This document shows positions 8,402 through 17,806 of a DNA stretch of 32,479 bases, piece after piece (within the stretch, counting starts at the first letter, position 1; the number at the start of each line of letters is the position of its first letter). The DNA lies in the NCBI GenBank assembly GCA_036554825.1, contig DATBMM010000118.1, positions 1 through 32,479 on the forward strand, given 5' to 3'. The position numbers were made by a program, and so were the translations under genes. Origin of the DNA: Candidatus Limnocylindrales bacterium (GTDB lineage Bacteria; Chloroflexota; Limnocylindria; Limnocylindrales; CSP1-4). Below the pieces are notes generated by a model that saw nothing but the letters and a program-made list of their open reading frames with translations, did no database searches and had not been told where the DNA came from.

Positions 8402-9312
8402 GCGGCGTCGGGGTCGAACGGGCCGGTCTCGATGCCCGGCACGCCGGCGATCGCCTCCCGGAGCCGGTCGATGAGGCTGGGATCCGGTGCACAGGGCCGG
8501 AAGACGAACTCCCCGACGCCCATCCCCGCCTGCTGGGCGACGACCGCGCGGACCGCCTCGGGGGTGCGCGGGATCGTGCGCAGGCGTCGCTCGGCGAGGT
8601 CGGGGTCGAAGGCGTAGGTCGATCCGATGTACTCGCGGGCCTGGTCGTCCGCGTCGGGACCCAACGCGATGTAGGTCGCGCCGACCCAGCGCGGCCGACC
8701 CGTCCGTCCGGCGGCCGCCCAGGCGGCGAGGACCTCCGCCCACAGCGCCGCCATCCGCTCCGGGACGCCGCCACCCGGGGCCATGAAGCCGTCACCGTGG
8801 TCGGCGATGCGCCGGGCGACCGCGCGGATGTAGCCGCCGACCAGGAGCTCCGGGCCTCGCGGGCGCGCCGCCCTGGCTCCGATCGCCCCCACCCCGGACG
8901 CCTCATCCGGCCCGCCGCCCCAGATCCGGCGGAGGATCGCGAGCTGCTCGTCGAGCCGGCGACCGCGCGTCTCGAAAGCCTGTCCCGTGGCGGCGTAGTC
9001 GTCACGCCGGACGCCGACGCCGACCCCGAGCGACAGGCGGCCGCCTGATAGTGCGTCGAGCGTCGCCGCCTGGCGGGCCAGCAATGTCGTCTCGCGGGTC
9101 GGAGCGATGACGATGCTGGCGAGCAGCCTGATCCGTTCGGTCGCCCCGGCGACCACAGCGAGGGTCGTGAGCGGCTCGTGGAGCGGGAAGACCACCCGGT
9201 CGAGGGCCGCGAGGCTGCTGTAGCCCGCGGCCTCGGCGCGCCGCGCCCAATCGACCAGTCCGTCAGCGGTCAGGGCGCCATCGCGTGTCGGGAGCCCGAT
9301 GCCGATGCGCAC
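8398..9312 (-). CDS. LLM-class F420-dependent oxidoreductase
   Basis: GTG at 9312, 9 nt after the GMC stop. Motifs: RIGIGLP, AEAAGYSSLAALDRV, LDALSGGRLSLGVGVG. Confidence 0.85.
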   Translation of the reverse strand: MRIGIGLPTRDGALTADGLVDWARRAEAAGYSSLAALDRVVFPLHEPLTTLAVVAGATERIRLLASIVIAPTRETTLLARQAATLDALSGGRLSLGVGVGVRRDDYAATGQAFETRGRRLDEQLAILRRIWGGGPDEASGVGAIGARAARPRGPELLVGGYIRAVARRIADHGDGFMAPGGGVPERMAALWAEVLAAWAAAGRTGRPRWVGATYIALGPDADDQAREYIGSTYAFDPDLAERRLRTIPRTPEAVRAVVAQQAGMGVGEFVFRPCAPDPSLIDRLREAIAGVPGIETGPFDPDAA

Positions 9313-9321
9313 CCCGACGGG

Positions 9322-10893
9322 TCAGGCGGCCGCGACCGACCGCGCCCCGAGCTCGCCCGCGAGGATCGCGGCGAGGTTCGTGTTGGCGTGCGGCACGGTC
9401 GGGAGGACCGAGGCGTCGGCCACCCACAGGCCGTCGACGCCGTGGACGCGCAGGTCGGCGCCGGTCACGGCACCCGTGTCGCCGGCGGGACCGATGCGGC
9501 ACGTGCCGACCCCGTGGTAGTAGGAGATGTAGCTCGCCAGGACGTGTTCCCGCATGTCGGAGTCCGGCTCCGGGGTGACGAGCTCACCGTAGAACTCGGC
9601 GAGGGCCGGATGTCGCACCAGCTCCCGGACGAACGCGATCCCGCCGAGCATCGCCTCGACATCGTCTGGCTGTTCGATCAGGGCCGGCTCGACGATCGGG
9701 AGGTCCTCGGGGTCGGTCGACGCAAGCCGCACCCGGCCGGTGGCCCGGTGCTCCAGCAGCCGGACCGACACGGGCAGGAGCGGCGGCATGCCCTCCATCC
9801 GGATCGACGGCTGCATGAACACGTGGAGGTCCGGTGTCGTCCGGTCAGGATCGCTCTTCGCGATGAGCCGGACCTTCGGGATCACGTAGTCCTCGCGCAG
9901 CTCGGTCGTGCCCTGGAACGTGACGTAGACGACGGCATGGTCCTGGTAGCCGCGGCCGACACCCTCCAGCTCGACGAGCTGCGGGATCCCGTGGGCAGCC
10001 AGCTCGTCCGCGGGACCGATGCCGGAGCGCAGCAGCACCTGCGGCGAGTGGAACACACCGGCCGCCAGCACGATCCGTGGCGCCCCGATCGTCGAGCCCC
10101 GGCCATCGGCGTCCAGGACCTCGACACCACAGGCGCGCCGACCGTCGAGCAGCAGCCGAACGACCGTGGTGTCGGCCAGGATCGCCAGGTTCGGCCGGCC
10201 GCGCGCCGGGTCGAGGTACGCCACGGTCGTCGACTGCCGGCGCCCGTCGACGATGTTGTATGGCGAGGCGCAGACACCGATCGGTGCCGGGACGTTGAGG
10301 TCGTGGCAGGTCGGCAGCCCGGCGTCGGACGCCGCGGCGATCAACGCCCGGACCGGCGGGTCGACGGTGTCGTCGAGCCGGTAGCTCCGCTCGAGGTGGA
10401 GTGGCCCACCCGACCCGTGGATGGGATCGTCGCCGAAGTCGGGGTCGTCCTCGATGGCCCGCATCAGCGGCAACAGCGCGTCATAGCTCCACGCCTCGCC
10501 GCCGTAGCGCGACCAGGCGTCGAAGTCCACGCGCATGGGCCGAACGACGGCCAGGTTGTTGACCGACGACCCGCCGCCCATGATCCGGCCGGACAGCAGC
10601 GGGAACGTCGATCCGTCGGGCCGCTCGACGTCGTACATCCGCACGTACGGCGACTCGAGGATCAGTTCGGATTGGCGCTTCGGGTCGCTGACGATCGACG
10701 GGATCGGTCGTGGGTCCGGCCCCTCCTCGATGAGCAGCACGCGCCGCCCCGGGTCCTCGCTCAGGCGTGCCGCAACGACGCAACCGGCCGTCCCGCCGCC
10801 GACCACGATCACGTCGACGTCGGGGACGGCGTCGAGCGCCGCCGCCGTCGGGTCGGACGTCACGCGGGCGACTCCAGTCTCGAGCGCAGGCAC
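9322..10893 (-). CDS. GMC-family FAD oxidoreductase (choline dehydrogenase-like)
   Basis: FAD fold motif DVIVVGGGTAGCVVAARLSEDP...VLLIEEGP. C-terminal motifs HGVGTCRIGP and ADASVLPTVPHANTN. An alternative GTG start at 10863 would overlap the CoxG stop as GTGA and is equally plausible. Confidence 0.85.
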   Translation of the reverse strand: MPALETGVARVTSDPTAAALDAVPDVDVIVVGGGTAGCVVAARLSEDPGRRVLLIEEGPDPRPIPSIVSDPKRQSELILESPYVRMYDVERPDGSTFPLLSGRIMGGGSSVNNLAVVRPMRVDFDAWSRYGGEAWSYDALLPLMRAIEDDPDFGDDPIHGSGGPLHLERSYRLDDTVDPPVRALIAAASDAGLPTCHDLNVPAPIGVCASPYNIVDGRRQSTTVAYLDPARGRPNLAILADTTVVRLLLDGRRACGVEVLDADGRGSTIGAPRIVLAAGVFHSPQVLLRSGIGPADELAAHGIPQLVELEGVGRGYQDHAVVYVTFQGTTELREDYVIPKVRLIAKSDPDRTTPDLHVFMQPSIRMEGMPPLLPVSVRLLEHRATGRVRLASTDPEDLPIVEPALIEQPDDVEAMLGGIAFVRELVRHPALAEFYGELVTPEPDSDMREHVLASYISYYHGVGTCRIGPAGDTGAVTGADLRVHGVDGLWVADASVLPTVPHANTNLAAILAGELGARSVAAA

Positions 10894-11312
10894 TTCGTGA
10901 CCTGGCCGATCATCATGCCGGCGGTGGCGCGCAGGACCATGTCGCCGATGATGGCGAGGCGCCCCTTCGTGTTGACAGTCGCCCGGTAGGCGAGCGTCGT
11001 CGCCTCGTCGGTCGTGCTCGACAGCGATGCCTCGATGCGCGCCACGATCCGGCTCTTGGTGACCGAGTCGGTGCCCTCGACGTCGACGACGAGATCGTCG
11101 GGGTAGTCCATCGTCTCGATGACGGACCGGAAGCGGAAATCGCCGTCGATGGGCCCCACGGACGCCCGGACCGAGCCCTCGAAGGTCTGGTCGTCGACCT
11201 GCCGGACGTCGCTGACGCCGGGGACGCAGGCCGCCAGGTCCGTCGGGTCGATGATCACCGACCAGACGGCCTCGGCGGGAGCAGCGATCTCGATCGTGCC
11301 TTCCAGTCGCAT
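10860..11312 (-). CDS. SRPBCC / CoxG-family protein
   Basis: ORF-track 10860..11393 is over-extended. The ATG at 11312 (MRLEGTIEIAAPAEAVWSVIIDP...) follows a GGGAG-like SD. The CoxG-type pattern is present (VPGV..V......F.G......GP). Confidence 0.8.
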   Translation of the reverse strand: MRLEGTIEIAAPAEAVWSVIIDPTDLAACVPGVSDVRQVDDQTFEGSVRASVGPIDGDFRFRSVIETMDYPDDLVVDVEGTDSVTKSRIVARIEASLSSTTDEATTLAYRATVNTKGRLAIIGDMVLRATAGMMIGQVTKCLRSRLESPA

Positions 11313-11364
11313 GCCGCTCCCTCGCCGATGGCGCGTCGTCGGTCTCAGTTGTCTACGTCGGCCA

Positions 11365-12441
11365 TCATATTGGATACAAACGAGCCGTGGCACTGGTGGC
11401 AGCCGTCGGGTCGGCGACCATATCCGCGACGATCAGGCCGAGCAGGCCGATGACCATCCACATCGACGCGCCGAGCAGGAATGGCCTCGCACCGACGCCG
11501 GCCACTGAGCGGACGTCCGTCGACATGCCGACGCCGGCCAGCGCGAGCAGGATGAGCAGTGTCGCGAGCGTGGCGCAGAGGTCCGCGAGCGTGCCGCCGC
11601 CCGGCAGCGTGGTGTCGAGCAGGCCGGCCGAACGGAGCCCCGCTACGACCACGAAGCCGACGACGAACCAGGGGATGGCACGGCTCACCATCGCGACACG
11701 CGACCTCTCGACCGGGCGCTCGCCGTCCGCCGTCGCGGACCGCGCGACCAGCCAGGCGGCCCCGAGCAGGACGGGCAGGATCGCGAGGTTGCGCGTCAAC
11801 TTGACGACCGTGGCCACGTCGCCGGCGGCCGGCGTGTAGGCATAGCCCGTCGCGACGACCTGCGCGGTGTCGTTCACCGCGAGGCCCGCCCACGTGCCGA
11901 AGACCGGGTCCGGCAACGCGAGCAGCCGGCCGATCACCGGCAGCAGCACCACACCCAGCAGCCCGAACGTCGTGATGGTGGAGACGGCGTACGCGGTATC
12001 GCGGGGCTTCGCGCTGATGATCGGGGACAAGGCGAGGATCGCCGAGTTGCCACAGATCGCCATGCCGACCGTGACGAGCGCCGAGAGCGGTGGCACCAGC
12101 CCGAACCGGCGCGCCAGCAGCGTGCCGAGGACGAGCGCGATCGCCACCACGACGACGATCCCGACGACGCTGCCGGCGCCGGTCGCGAGCAGCTGGCCGA
12201 GCGTCAGGCGAGCGCCGAGCAGGATGATCCCGGCCCGCAGCGCGTAGCGCGCGGCGAGCGAAGCGCCCGGGAGCACGGCGGTCCGGACGGGCCCCACCGC
12301 CCCGACAGTCAGCCCGAGCACGAGGGCGATCGCCGTCTCCAGACCGAGCTGGAGCGCCGAGCCGGTCGCGCGGGCGACGAGAGCGACCCCCACGCAGGCC
12401 AGCAGACCGGCCGCTGGCCCGCGAGCGACACGCCAGTCCAC
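11365..12441 (-). CDS. YeiH/UPF0324-family integral membrane protein (putative sulfate-exporter family)
   Basis: ORF-track 11365..13059 runs on into the glpX region in another frame. The first plausible start after the glpX stop is GTG at 12441 (VDWRVARGPAAG...). The protein is highly hydrophobic, with motifs GMAICGNSAILA and GLAVNDTAQVVA. Confidence 0.75.
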   Translation of the reverse strand: MDWRVARGPAAGLLACVGVALVARATGSALQLGLETAIALVLGLTVGAVGPVRTAVLPGASLAARYALRAGIILLGARLTLGQLLATGAGSVVGIVVVVAIALVLGTLLARRFGLVPPLSALVTVGMAICGNSAILALSPIISAKPRDTAYAVSTITTFGLLGVVLLPVIGRLLALPDPVFGTWAGLAVNDTAQVVATGYAYTPAAGDVATVVKLTRNLAILPVLLGAAWLVARSATADGERPVERSRVAMVSRAIPWFVVGFVVVAGLRSAGLLDTTLPGGGTLADLCATLATLLILLALAGVGMSTDVRSVAGVGARPFLLGASMWMVIGLLGLIVADMVADPTAATSATARLYPI

Positions 12442-12458
12442 CGAGGGGGCCGCAGCCG

Positions 12459-13442
12459 TCAGAGTCGGACTCGCGGCGGGCTGTCCCGGTCGAACATGTG
12501 GACCGTGTCGACGAAGCGCACCTGCTTGGTCTGATAGGCCATCACCAGGGAGTGGGTCCGGGCGCCGCCGCCGAAGAAGCGGACGCCCTGCAGCAGGTCG
12601 CCGGTCGTGACGCCGGTCGCGGCGAACACCAGGTTCTCGGCCGGTGCCAGATCCTCCGTCGTGTAGACCCGGTCCTCGTCGCCGTGACCCATCCGGGCCC
12701 CACGTTCTCGCTCCTCGGGGCTGCGATAGCGGAAGCGGGCCTGGATCTCCCCGCCCAGGCAGCGCAGCGCGCCCGCCGTGATGACACCCTCGGGAGCGCC
12801 GCCGATGCCCATCACGGCGTGGACGCCGGTCCCCGACACGGCGCACGAGATCGCGGCCGATAGGTCGCCGTCGCCGATGAGCTTGATCCGGGCGCCGGCC
12901 GCCCGGACCTCGGCGATGAGGTCGTCGTGCCGGGGGCGCTCGAGGATCACGACGGTGATGTCCGACACCTTGCGCCCGAGCGCCTCGGCGATCCGACCGA
13001 GGTTCTCGGTCGGGCTGACGCGGATGTCGACCTTGCCGGCCGCGGGCGGGCCGACGCACAGCTTCTCCATGTACGTGTCGGGGGCGTGCGTCAGGCCACC
13101 GGCCTCACCCGCGCACAGGACCGTGATCGCGCCGGCCTGGCCGTGGGCGACGAGGTTCGTGCCCTCCAGTGGGTCGACCGCGATGTCGATGGCCGGGACA
13201 TCCGCGCGCTGATCCCCGGTCTTGCCGACCCGCTCACCGATGTAGAGCATCGGCGCCTCGTCACGCTCGCCCTCGCCGATGACGATCCGGCCGGCGAACT
13301 CGATCTCGTCCATCGTGGCGCGCATGGCGCTGGTCGCTGCCGCGTCGGCCTCGTCGCGTGCGCCACGACCCATGAATCGGGCGGACTCGATCGCCGCCGC
13401 CTCCGTGACGCGCACCATCTCCAGGGCAAGGAGTTGTTCCAT
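12459..13442 (-). CDS. glpX: Class II fructose-1,6-bisphosphatase
   Basis: The ATG at 13442 ([27 protein letters not shown]...) has a GGAG SD and lies 13 nt after the purH stop. GlpX motifs: [22 protein letters not shown]. Confidence 0.9.
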   Translation of the reverse strand: MEQLLALEMVRVTEAAAIESARFMGRGARDEADAAATSAMRATMDEIEFAGRIVIGEGERDEAPMLYIGERVGKTGDQRADVPAIDIAVDPLEGTNLVAHGQAGAITVLCAGEAGGLTHAPDTYMEKLCVGPPAAGKVDIRVSPTENLGRIAEALGRKVSDITVVILERPRHDDLIAEVRAAGARIKLIGDGDLSAAISCAVSGTGVHAVMGIGGAPEGVITAGALRCLGGEIQARFRYRSPEERERGARMGHGDEDRVYTTEDLAPAENLVFAATGVTTGDLLQGVRFFGGGARTHSLVMAYQTKQVRFVDTVHMFDRDSPPRVRL

Positions 13443-13455
13443 CGGCTCCGTCCGC

Positions 13456-15003
13456 TCAGTGCCTGAAATGCCGCCGCCCGGTGAAGACCATGGCGAGGTG
13501 ATGCCGGTCGGCGACCTCGATCGCCATCTCGTCGCGGATGGAGCCGCCAGGCTGGATGATGGCCGTGACCCCGGCCGTGGCCGCCGCCTGGATCCCGTCC
13601 GGGAACGGGAAGTAGGCGTCGGACGCCATGACCGCCGTCTTGGCCCGGTCGCCGGCGCGTCGCAGCGCGATCTCGACCGATACCTGGCGCGACGCCTGGC
13701 CGGCACCGATGCCGACGGTGGCCGCATTGCGGGCGAGGACGATGGCATTCGACCGGACGTGTCGGACCGCGCGCCAGGCGAACAGCAAGTCGGTCAGCTC
13801 CTCCAGGGTCGGGCGCCGCGCCGTCACGACCTGCAGCTGCCCCCGGTCGAGGCCGAGGTCGTCGAGATCCTCGACGAGCAGGCCACCCGCCACGCGCTTG
13901 AAGTCGAGGTTGGCGATGCCGTAGTCGCGCATCCCGTCGGTCGGGTCAGGCGGCACGGCCAGCAGCTCGAGACCCTCCTTCTGCTTGAGGATCCCGAGCG
14001 CGGCCTGGCTGAAGCCCGGCGCGACGACCGCCTCGTAGGAGTTCGCGGCGATCTCGCGAGCGGTCGCGCCGTCCAGCTCGCGGTTCACGCCGACGATGCC
14101 GCCGAACGACGCGACCGGGTCGGTCTCGAGCGCGTGCCGGTAGGCCTCGACGAGCTCGTCATGCGAGGCCAGCCCGACCGGGTCGGTGTGTTTGGCGATC
14201 GCAACCGTCGGCGCGGTGTAGTCGCGGGCGATCCGGTAGGCGGCGTCGAGGTCGAGGAGGTTGTTGAACGAGGGTCGGCCGCCCTGGAGCTGCGTCGCGT
14301 CGGCGAGCGTCGCGCTGCGGTGCGTGGTCTCGCGGTAGAAGGCGGCACGCTGGTGCGGGTTCTCGCCGTAGCGCAGGTCATCGACCTTCTCGAGGACCAT
14401 GGCGAGCCGGCGCGGGAAGAGGTTGCCGGAGATCTGGTTGAGGTAGGCGGCGATCTCCGCGTGATACGCGGCGACCGTGCTGAACGCCTCCGCCGCGAGC
14501 TGGGCGCGCGTCTCGGCGCTGACCTGGCCGATCTCCTTGAGCTCGGCGACGATCGCCTCGTAGTGGGATGGGTCGCTGGCGGCCACCACGCCCGCGGAGT
14601 TGCGCGCCGCCGCGCCAAGCAGCGCGGCACCGCCGACATCGATCATCTCGATGGCCTCGTCGAGCCCGACCAGCCGTGCGCCGACCGATGGCGCGAACGG
14701 CTTCACGTTGACGATGACGAGGTCGATCGGCGCGATGCCCTGGCTCTTGAGATCGGCCATCTGCTCGGGCACGTCGCGGCGCGCAAGGATCCCGGCGTAG
14801 ACGGCGTGGTGGAAGGTCTTCACCTGGCCCCCCACCGTGGGGCCGCCGTCCGTCAGGTCGTTGACGGAGCCGACCTCGACCCCCTCGCCGGCCAGGAACT
14901 CGCGGGTCCCGTCGGTCGCGAACATCTCCACGTCGAGCGCATGGAGGGCCCGGGCGAGTGCCGCGATCCCCTCCCGGTTCGCGACTGACAGCAGGGCTCG
15001 CAC
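13456..15003 (-). CDS. purH: Bifunctional AICAR formyltransferase / IMP cyclohydrolase
   Basis: The GTG at 15003 ([13 protein letters not shown]...) follows GGAGGAGG. ORF-track ATG 15090 would add a non-conserved Arg/Gly-rich leader. PurH motifs run end to end: [42 protein letters not shown]. Confidence 0.92.
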   Translation of the reverse strand: MRALLSVANREGIAALARALHALDVEMFATDGTREFLAGEGVEVGSVNDLTDGGPTVGGQVKTFHHAVYAGILARRDVPEQMADLKSQGIAPIDLVIVNVKPFAPSVGARLVGLDEAIEMIDVGGAALLGAAARNSAGVVAASDPSHYEAIVAELKEIGQVSAETRAQLAAEAFSTVAAYHAEIAAYLNQISGNLFPRRLAMVLEKVDDLRYGENPHQRAAFYRETTHRSATLADATQLQGGRPSFNNLLDLDAAYRIARDYTAPTVAIAKHTDPVGLASHDELVEAYRHALETDPVASFGGIVGVNRELDGATAREIAANSYEAVVAPGFSQAALGILKQKEGLELLAVPPDPTDGMRDYGIANLDFKRVAGGLLVEDLDDLGLDRGQLQVVTARRPTLEELTDLLFAWRAVRHVRSNAIVLARNAATVGIGAGQASRQVSVEIALRRAGDRAKTAVMASDAYFPFPDGIQAAATAGVTAIIQPGGSIRDEMAIEVADRHHLAMVFTGRRHFRH

Positions 15004-15037
15004 CCCGGGCGTTCCTCCTCCCACCGCGCGTCCGTCG

Positions 15038-15052
15038 GGAGCGGACCGCTCC
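15038..15052 (-). promoter_or_regulatory. 15-bp perfect palindrome GGAGCGG-A-CCGCTCC in the purH leader, just downstream of a TATACT -10-like hexamer (15058-15063 on the - strand)
   Basis: Read directly from the sequence. The site lies between the candidate -10 and the purH SD, in the 115-bp divergent intergenic region. The 1-nt centre argues for a protein operator rather than an RNA hairpin. Confidence 0.3.
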
Positions 15053-15118
15053 GGCCGAGTATAGCGTCCGTCATGGCATACTCCGGCCACCCACCGACCC
15101 GCCCACAGTGAGGCAGCC

Positions 15119-15559
15119 GTGACGCTGGCGCCCTGGGATTACCTCTTCACGTCGTTCAACAGCCACAACTTCCCGGACCTCTTCTACCCGACCTGGATCG
15201 CGGCGCTGGTCCTGCTGGTGGCGCTGATCGCGCTGTACAGCATCCGGACGCGAGCGCTCCATCGCCATCAGCCCTACGTCGACCTGTGGGAGTGGCTGTG
15301 GTGGACGGGCCTGATCACGTTCAGCCTGCTGCTCATCGAGGCAGTCTTCCAGTTCGACTTCATCCTGGTCCTGGCGACCCTCGTGATCGGCCTCGGGGCG
15401 TTGGTCTGGATCCGCTTCCAGCGGTTCCCGCCGATCCTGCGCGCCCACGAGCAGCGGCTCGCCCGCCAGCGCTACTACACGAAGCAGAAGTTCGCCGACC
15501 CCGAGGCGACCATCCGGCGCCGGACCGTGCCGCGCCGGCAGCGTCGTCGTCGCCGCTGA
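15119..15559 (+). CDS. Small integral membrane protein (about 3 TM) with an Arg-rich C-terminal tail, unknown function
   Basis: GTG at 15119 preceded by GAGG. The codon bias matches neighbouring genes. Trp/Phe-rich TM segments are followed by PRRQRRRRR. Confidence 0.6.
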   Translation: MTLAPWDYLFTSFNSHNFPDLFYPTWIAALVLLVALIALYSIRTRALHRHQPYVDLWEWLWWTGLITFSLLLIEAVFQFDFILVLATLVIGLGALVWIRFQRFPPILRAHEQRLARQRYYTKQKFADPEATIRRRTVPRRQRRRRR

Positions 15560-15566
15560 CCGGACC

Positions 15567-16037
15567 GTGCCGATCGAGATCCGGCGGTTCGGTGTCGGCC
15601 ACCGCCGGCCCGACGGGCCGCCGGGCACGAGCGGCGTGACGGGCCAGCCGATCCATTCGGACGGCCGGGGCGCGATCAGCGAGCTCGCCTTCGCGCGGGG
15701 CGCGGCGATCGAACCGCACGCCAATCCGAACACGTCATGGTTCGTGGTCATCGAGGGTGGCGGCTGGGTCGGCGTTGGCGACGAGCGGACCCGGGTCGCG
15801 GCCGGCGAGGCCGTTCTGTGGCCCGCCGACCTGCCGCACGCGGCCTGGACCGAGCACTCGGAGATGCGGGCGTTCGTGGTCGAGTTCACGGGCGCGGACG
15901 ATCGTGGCGCGGGTCTGCTCGAGGGCCGCGCGCGCGAGGTCAGTGCCCTGGGGGTCCCGGTCGATCGTGGCGTCGGCCAGCTCGTGTCGGACGGCACCCG
16001 GACGCGCCACGACCCGGAGGCCGGCGAACCGGCCTGA
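15567..16037 (+). CDS. Monocupin-domain protein
   Basis: GTG at 15567, 8 nt after the upstream stop. Cupin_2-like core: EPHANPNTSWFVVIEGGGWVGVGDERTRVAAGEAVLWPADLPHAAW. Confidence 0.7.
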   Translation: MPIEIRRFGVGHRRPDGPPGTSGVTGQPIHSDGRGAISELAFARGAAIEPHANPNTSWFVVIEGGGWVGVGDERTRVAAGEAVLWPADLPHAAWTEHSEMRAFVVEFTGADDRGAGLLEGRAREVSALGVPVDRGVGQLVSDGTRTRHDPEAGEPA

Positions 16038-16103
16038 CCGGGTCGTGACGGCGGGTCGGGACCTCCTCCTGCCCCTTCCCGCGGAGGGATTCGACGGGGA
16101 GCG

Positions 16104-17633
16104 CTACTCGTCCATACGGGCAAGGCGTTCGAGTAGATCCAGGAAGTCGTGGACCTCGTCGGTCGGGGGCAGGGCTTCGACGTCGCGGAAGGCGACGCGG
16201 GCCACGTCGGACAGGTTGAGGTGGCCGGCCCACGGGCTGCCGCGGAGGACCTCGGCGGTCGTAGCGACCACCGCGTCGAAGCGGAAGAACGGATCGGTCG
16301 ACCCGAACTCGCGGGCGAGATCGCCCGCCCGGACGTCATGGCCGATCTCCTCGACCCGGCCGGTGTCGGGGTCCGTCCAGCGGAGCGAGATCGTGGCCAG
16401 GCGGCCGCCCCGCCCGACGTCCCCGATGAGCCGCACCGCATAGAGCGCCGTGACGCTATGGCCGGCCCCGATGGCGCCGGCCTCGACCCCCGGATCGCGG
16501 AAGTCCCGATCGTCGATGGCACGGTTCTCATACCCGACCTGGCGGTAGGCAACCACCGTCTCGGGGTCGAATTCGACCTGGACACGAGCGTCGAGGGCGA
16601 CGGTCTCGAGCGTGCCGGTGAGGTCCTCCGTGAACAGCCGGTCAGCCTCGCGCCGATCGTTCACATACGCGTAGAACCCGTCGCCCTGGTCGGCGAGCTG
16701 CTCGAGCAGGACGTCGTTGTAGTTGCCCATCCCGACCCCGACCGAGACGAGCTCGATGCCGGCGGCCGCGTCGCGGCGGATCGTGTCAAGGATGGCCTCG
16801 GGGTCGGTCAGGCCGACGTTCGCCACACCGTCGGACGCCAGGATCACACGGTCGATGCCGTCCTCCGTGAGCGCCGAGCGCGCCAGGTCGTAGCCGAGCT
16901 GCAGGCCGTGCTCGAGGTTGGTCGAGCCACCGGGCTCGAGTCGATCGATCACGTCCTCGATCTCCCAGCGGTCGGACGCCCGCGTCGGCCACAGCCGGAC
17001 CATCGCCTCGTCGCCGAAGGTCACGATGGCGACCCGATCGCGCTCGCCGAGCCTGTCGACCAGGCCGCGCAGGGCGTCCTTCACGAGCTCGAGCCGGTCC
17101 TCGCGCCCCATGGAGCCGGACGTATCGACCACGAAGGTCAGCGACGCGTCCTGTCTGGCGCGATCGCGGACGTCGCGGGCCTGCAGGCCGATGCGCAGCA
17201 GGATCTCGTTCCGATCCGTGAATGGGGTTGGGCCGCCATCGGCCACGATCGAGAACGTGCCGTGATGCGGCACCCGGTAGCCCTGGTCGTACGCGTTGAC
17301 CCATTCCTCGACCCGCACGCTCGCCGGGTCCGGGCGGTGGCCGTCCTCGACGTAGCGCTGGGCGATGCCCAACGACGCGGTATCGACGTCGAGCGCGAAC
17401 GTCGAGACGCGGTCCTCGACGGGGTCGACGTACGGCTGGACGCCGGGATCCTCGTACGTGACGCCGTCGTACGGCGTCGGGTCCGGTCGGGCGGGATAGG
17501 GCTCCGGCGGTGGTTGATGGTGCGCCGGCGGGTCGACCCGATGGTCGCCCTGCGGGGCGGGCGTGGCTGCCCCCGAACACGCGCCGGCCACGACCGTGGC
17601 GAGGGCGACGAGGGACAGGAGTGGCGTACGCAT
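16104..17633 (-). CDS. Secreted (probable lipoprotein) von Willebrand factor A domain protein, YfbK-like
   Basis: ORF-track 16104..17936 is over-extended. The ATG at 17633 follows GGGAGG. Signal peptide MRTPLLSLVALATVVAGAC. MIDAS motif VVDTSGSM. N-terminal EEWVNAY-type module and a long C-terminal DUF3520-like region. Confidence 0.85.
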   Translation of the reverse strand: MRTPLLSLVALATVVAGACSGAATPAPQGDHRVDPPAHHQPPPEPYPARPDPTPYDGVTYEDPGVQPYVDPVEDRVSTFALDVDTASLGIAQRYVEDGHRPDPASVRVEEWVNAYDQGYRVPHHGTFSIVADGGPTPFTDRNEILLRIGLQARDVRDRARQDASLTFVVDTSGSMGREDRLELVKDALRGLVDRLGERDRVAIVTFGDEAMVRLWPTRASDRWEIEDVIDRLEPGGSTNLEHGLQLGYDLARSALTEDGIDRVILASDGVANVGLTDPEAILDTIRRDAAAGIELVSVGVGMGNYNDVLLEQLADQGDGFYAYVNDRREADRLFTEDLTGTLETVALDARVQVEFDPETVVAYRQVGYENRAIDDRDFRDPGVEAGAIGAGHSVTALYAVRLIGDVGRGGRLATISLRWTDPDTGRVEEIGHDVRAGDLAREFGSTDPFFRFDAVVATTAEVLRGSPWAGHLNLSDVARVAFRDVEALPPTDEVHDFLDLLERLARMDE

Positions 17634-17740
17634 CGCGCGACCTCCCGTCCGGATGCGGCTGGGGAGGCGCACCCGGGCACTTGGGCGATCCACCGTGGTG
17701 GTCCGCAGGTCCCGATGAGGCGCCACCAGTGCACCGTCGG

Positions 17741-17757
17741 GCCGTCGCCTCGACGGC
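17741..17757 (-). terminator. GC hairpin downstream of the Nudix gene (possible terminator or processing site)
   Basis: GCCGTCG-cct-CGACGGC has a 7-bp stem. It lies in the 173-nt gap between the Nudix stop (17807) and the vWA start (17633). There is no U-tract. Confidence 0.25.
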
Positions 17758-17806
17758 GGCAAGCGGTCTGCGGTTCCCGGTTGTGCGTTCGCGTGCCCGG
17801 GGTGCG

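Noticed and set aside
15004-15118. ZTP (pfl) riboswitch upstream of purH
   Set aside because: The minus strand has GGGTCGGTGGGTGGCC, faintly like GGGUCGUGACUGGCG. However, there is no matching P1 3' strand (CGACCC) and no CCGCCUGGGC pseudoknot segment. Most of the segment lies upstream of the likely -10.
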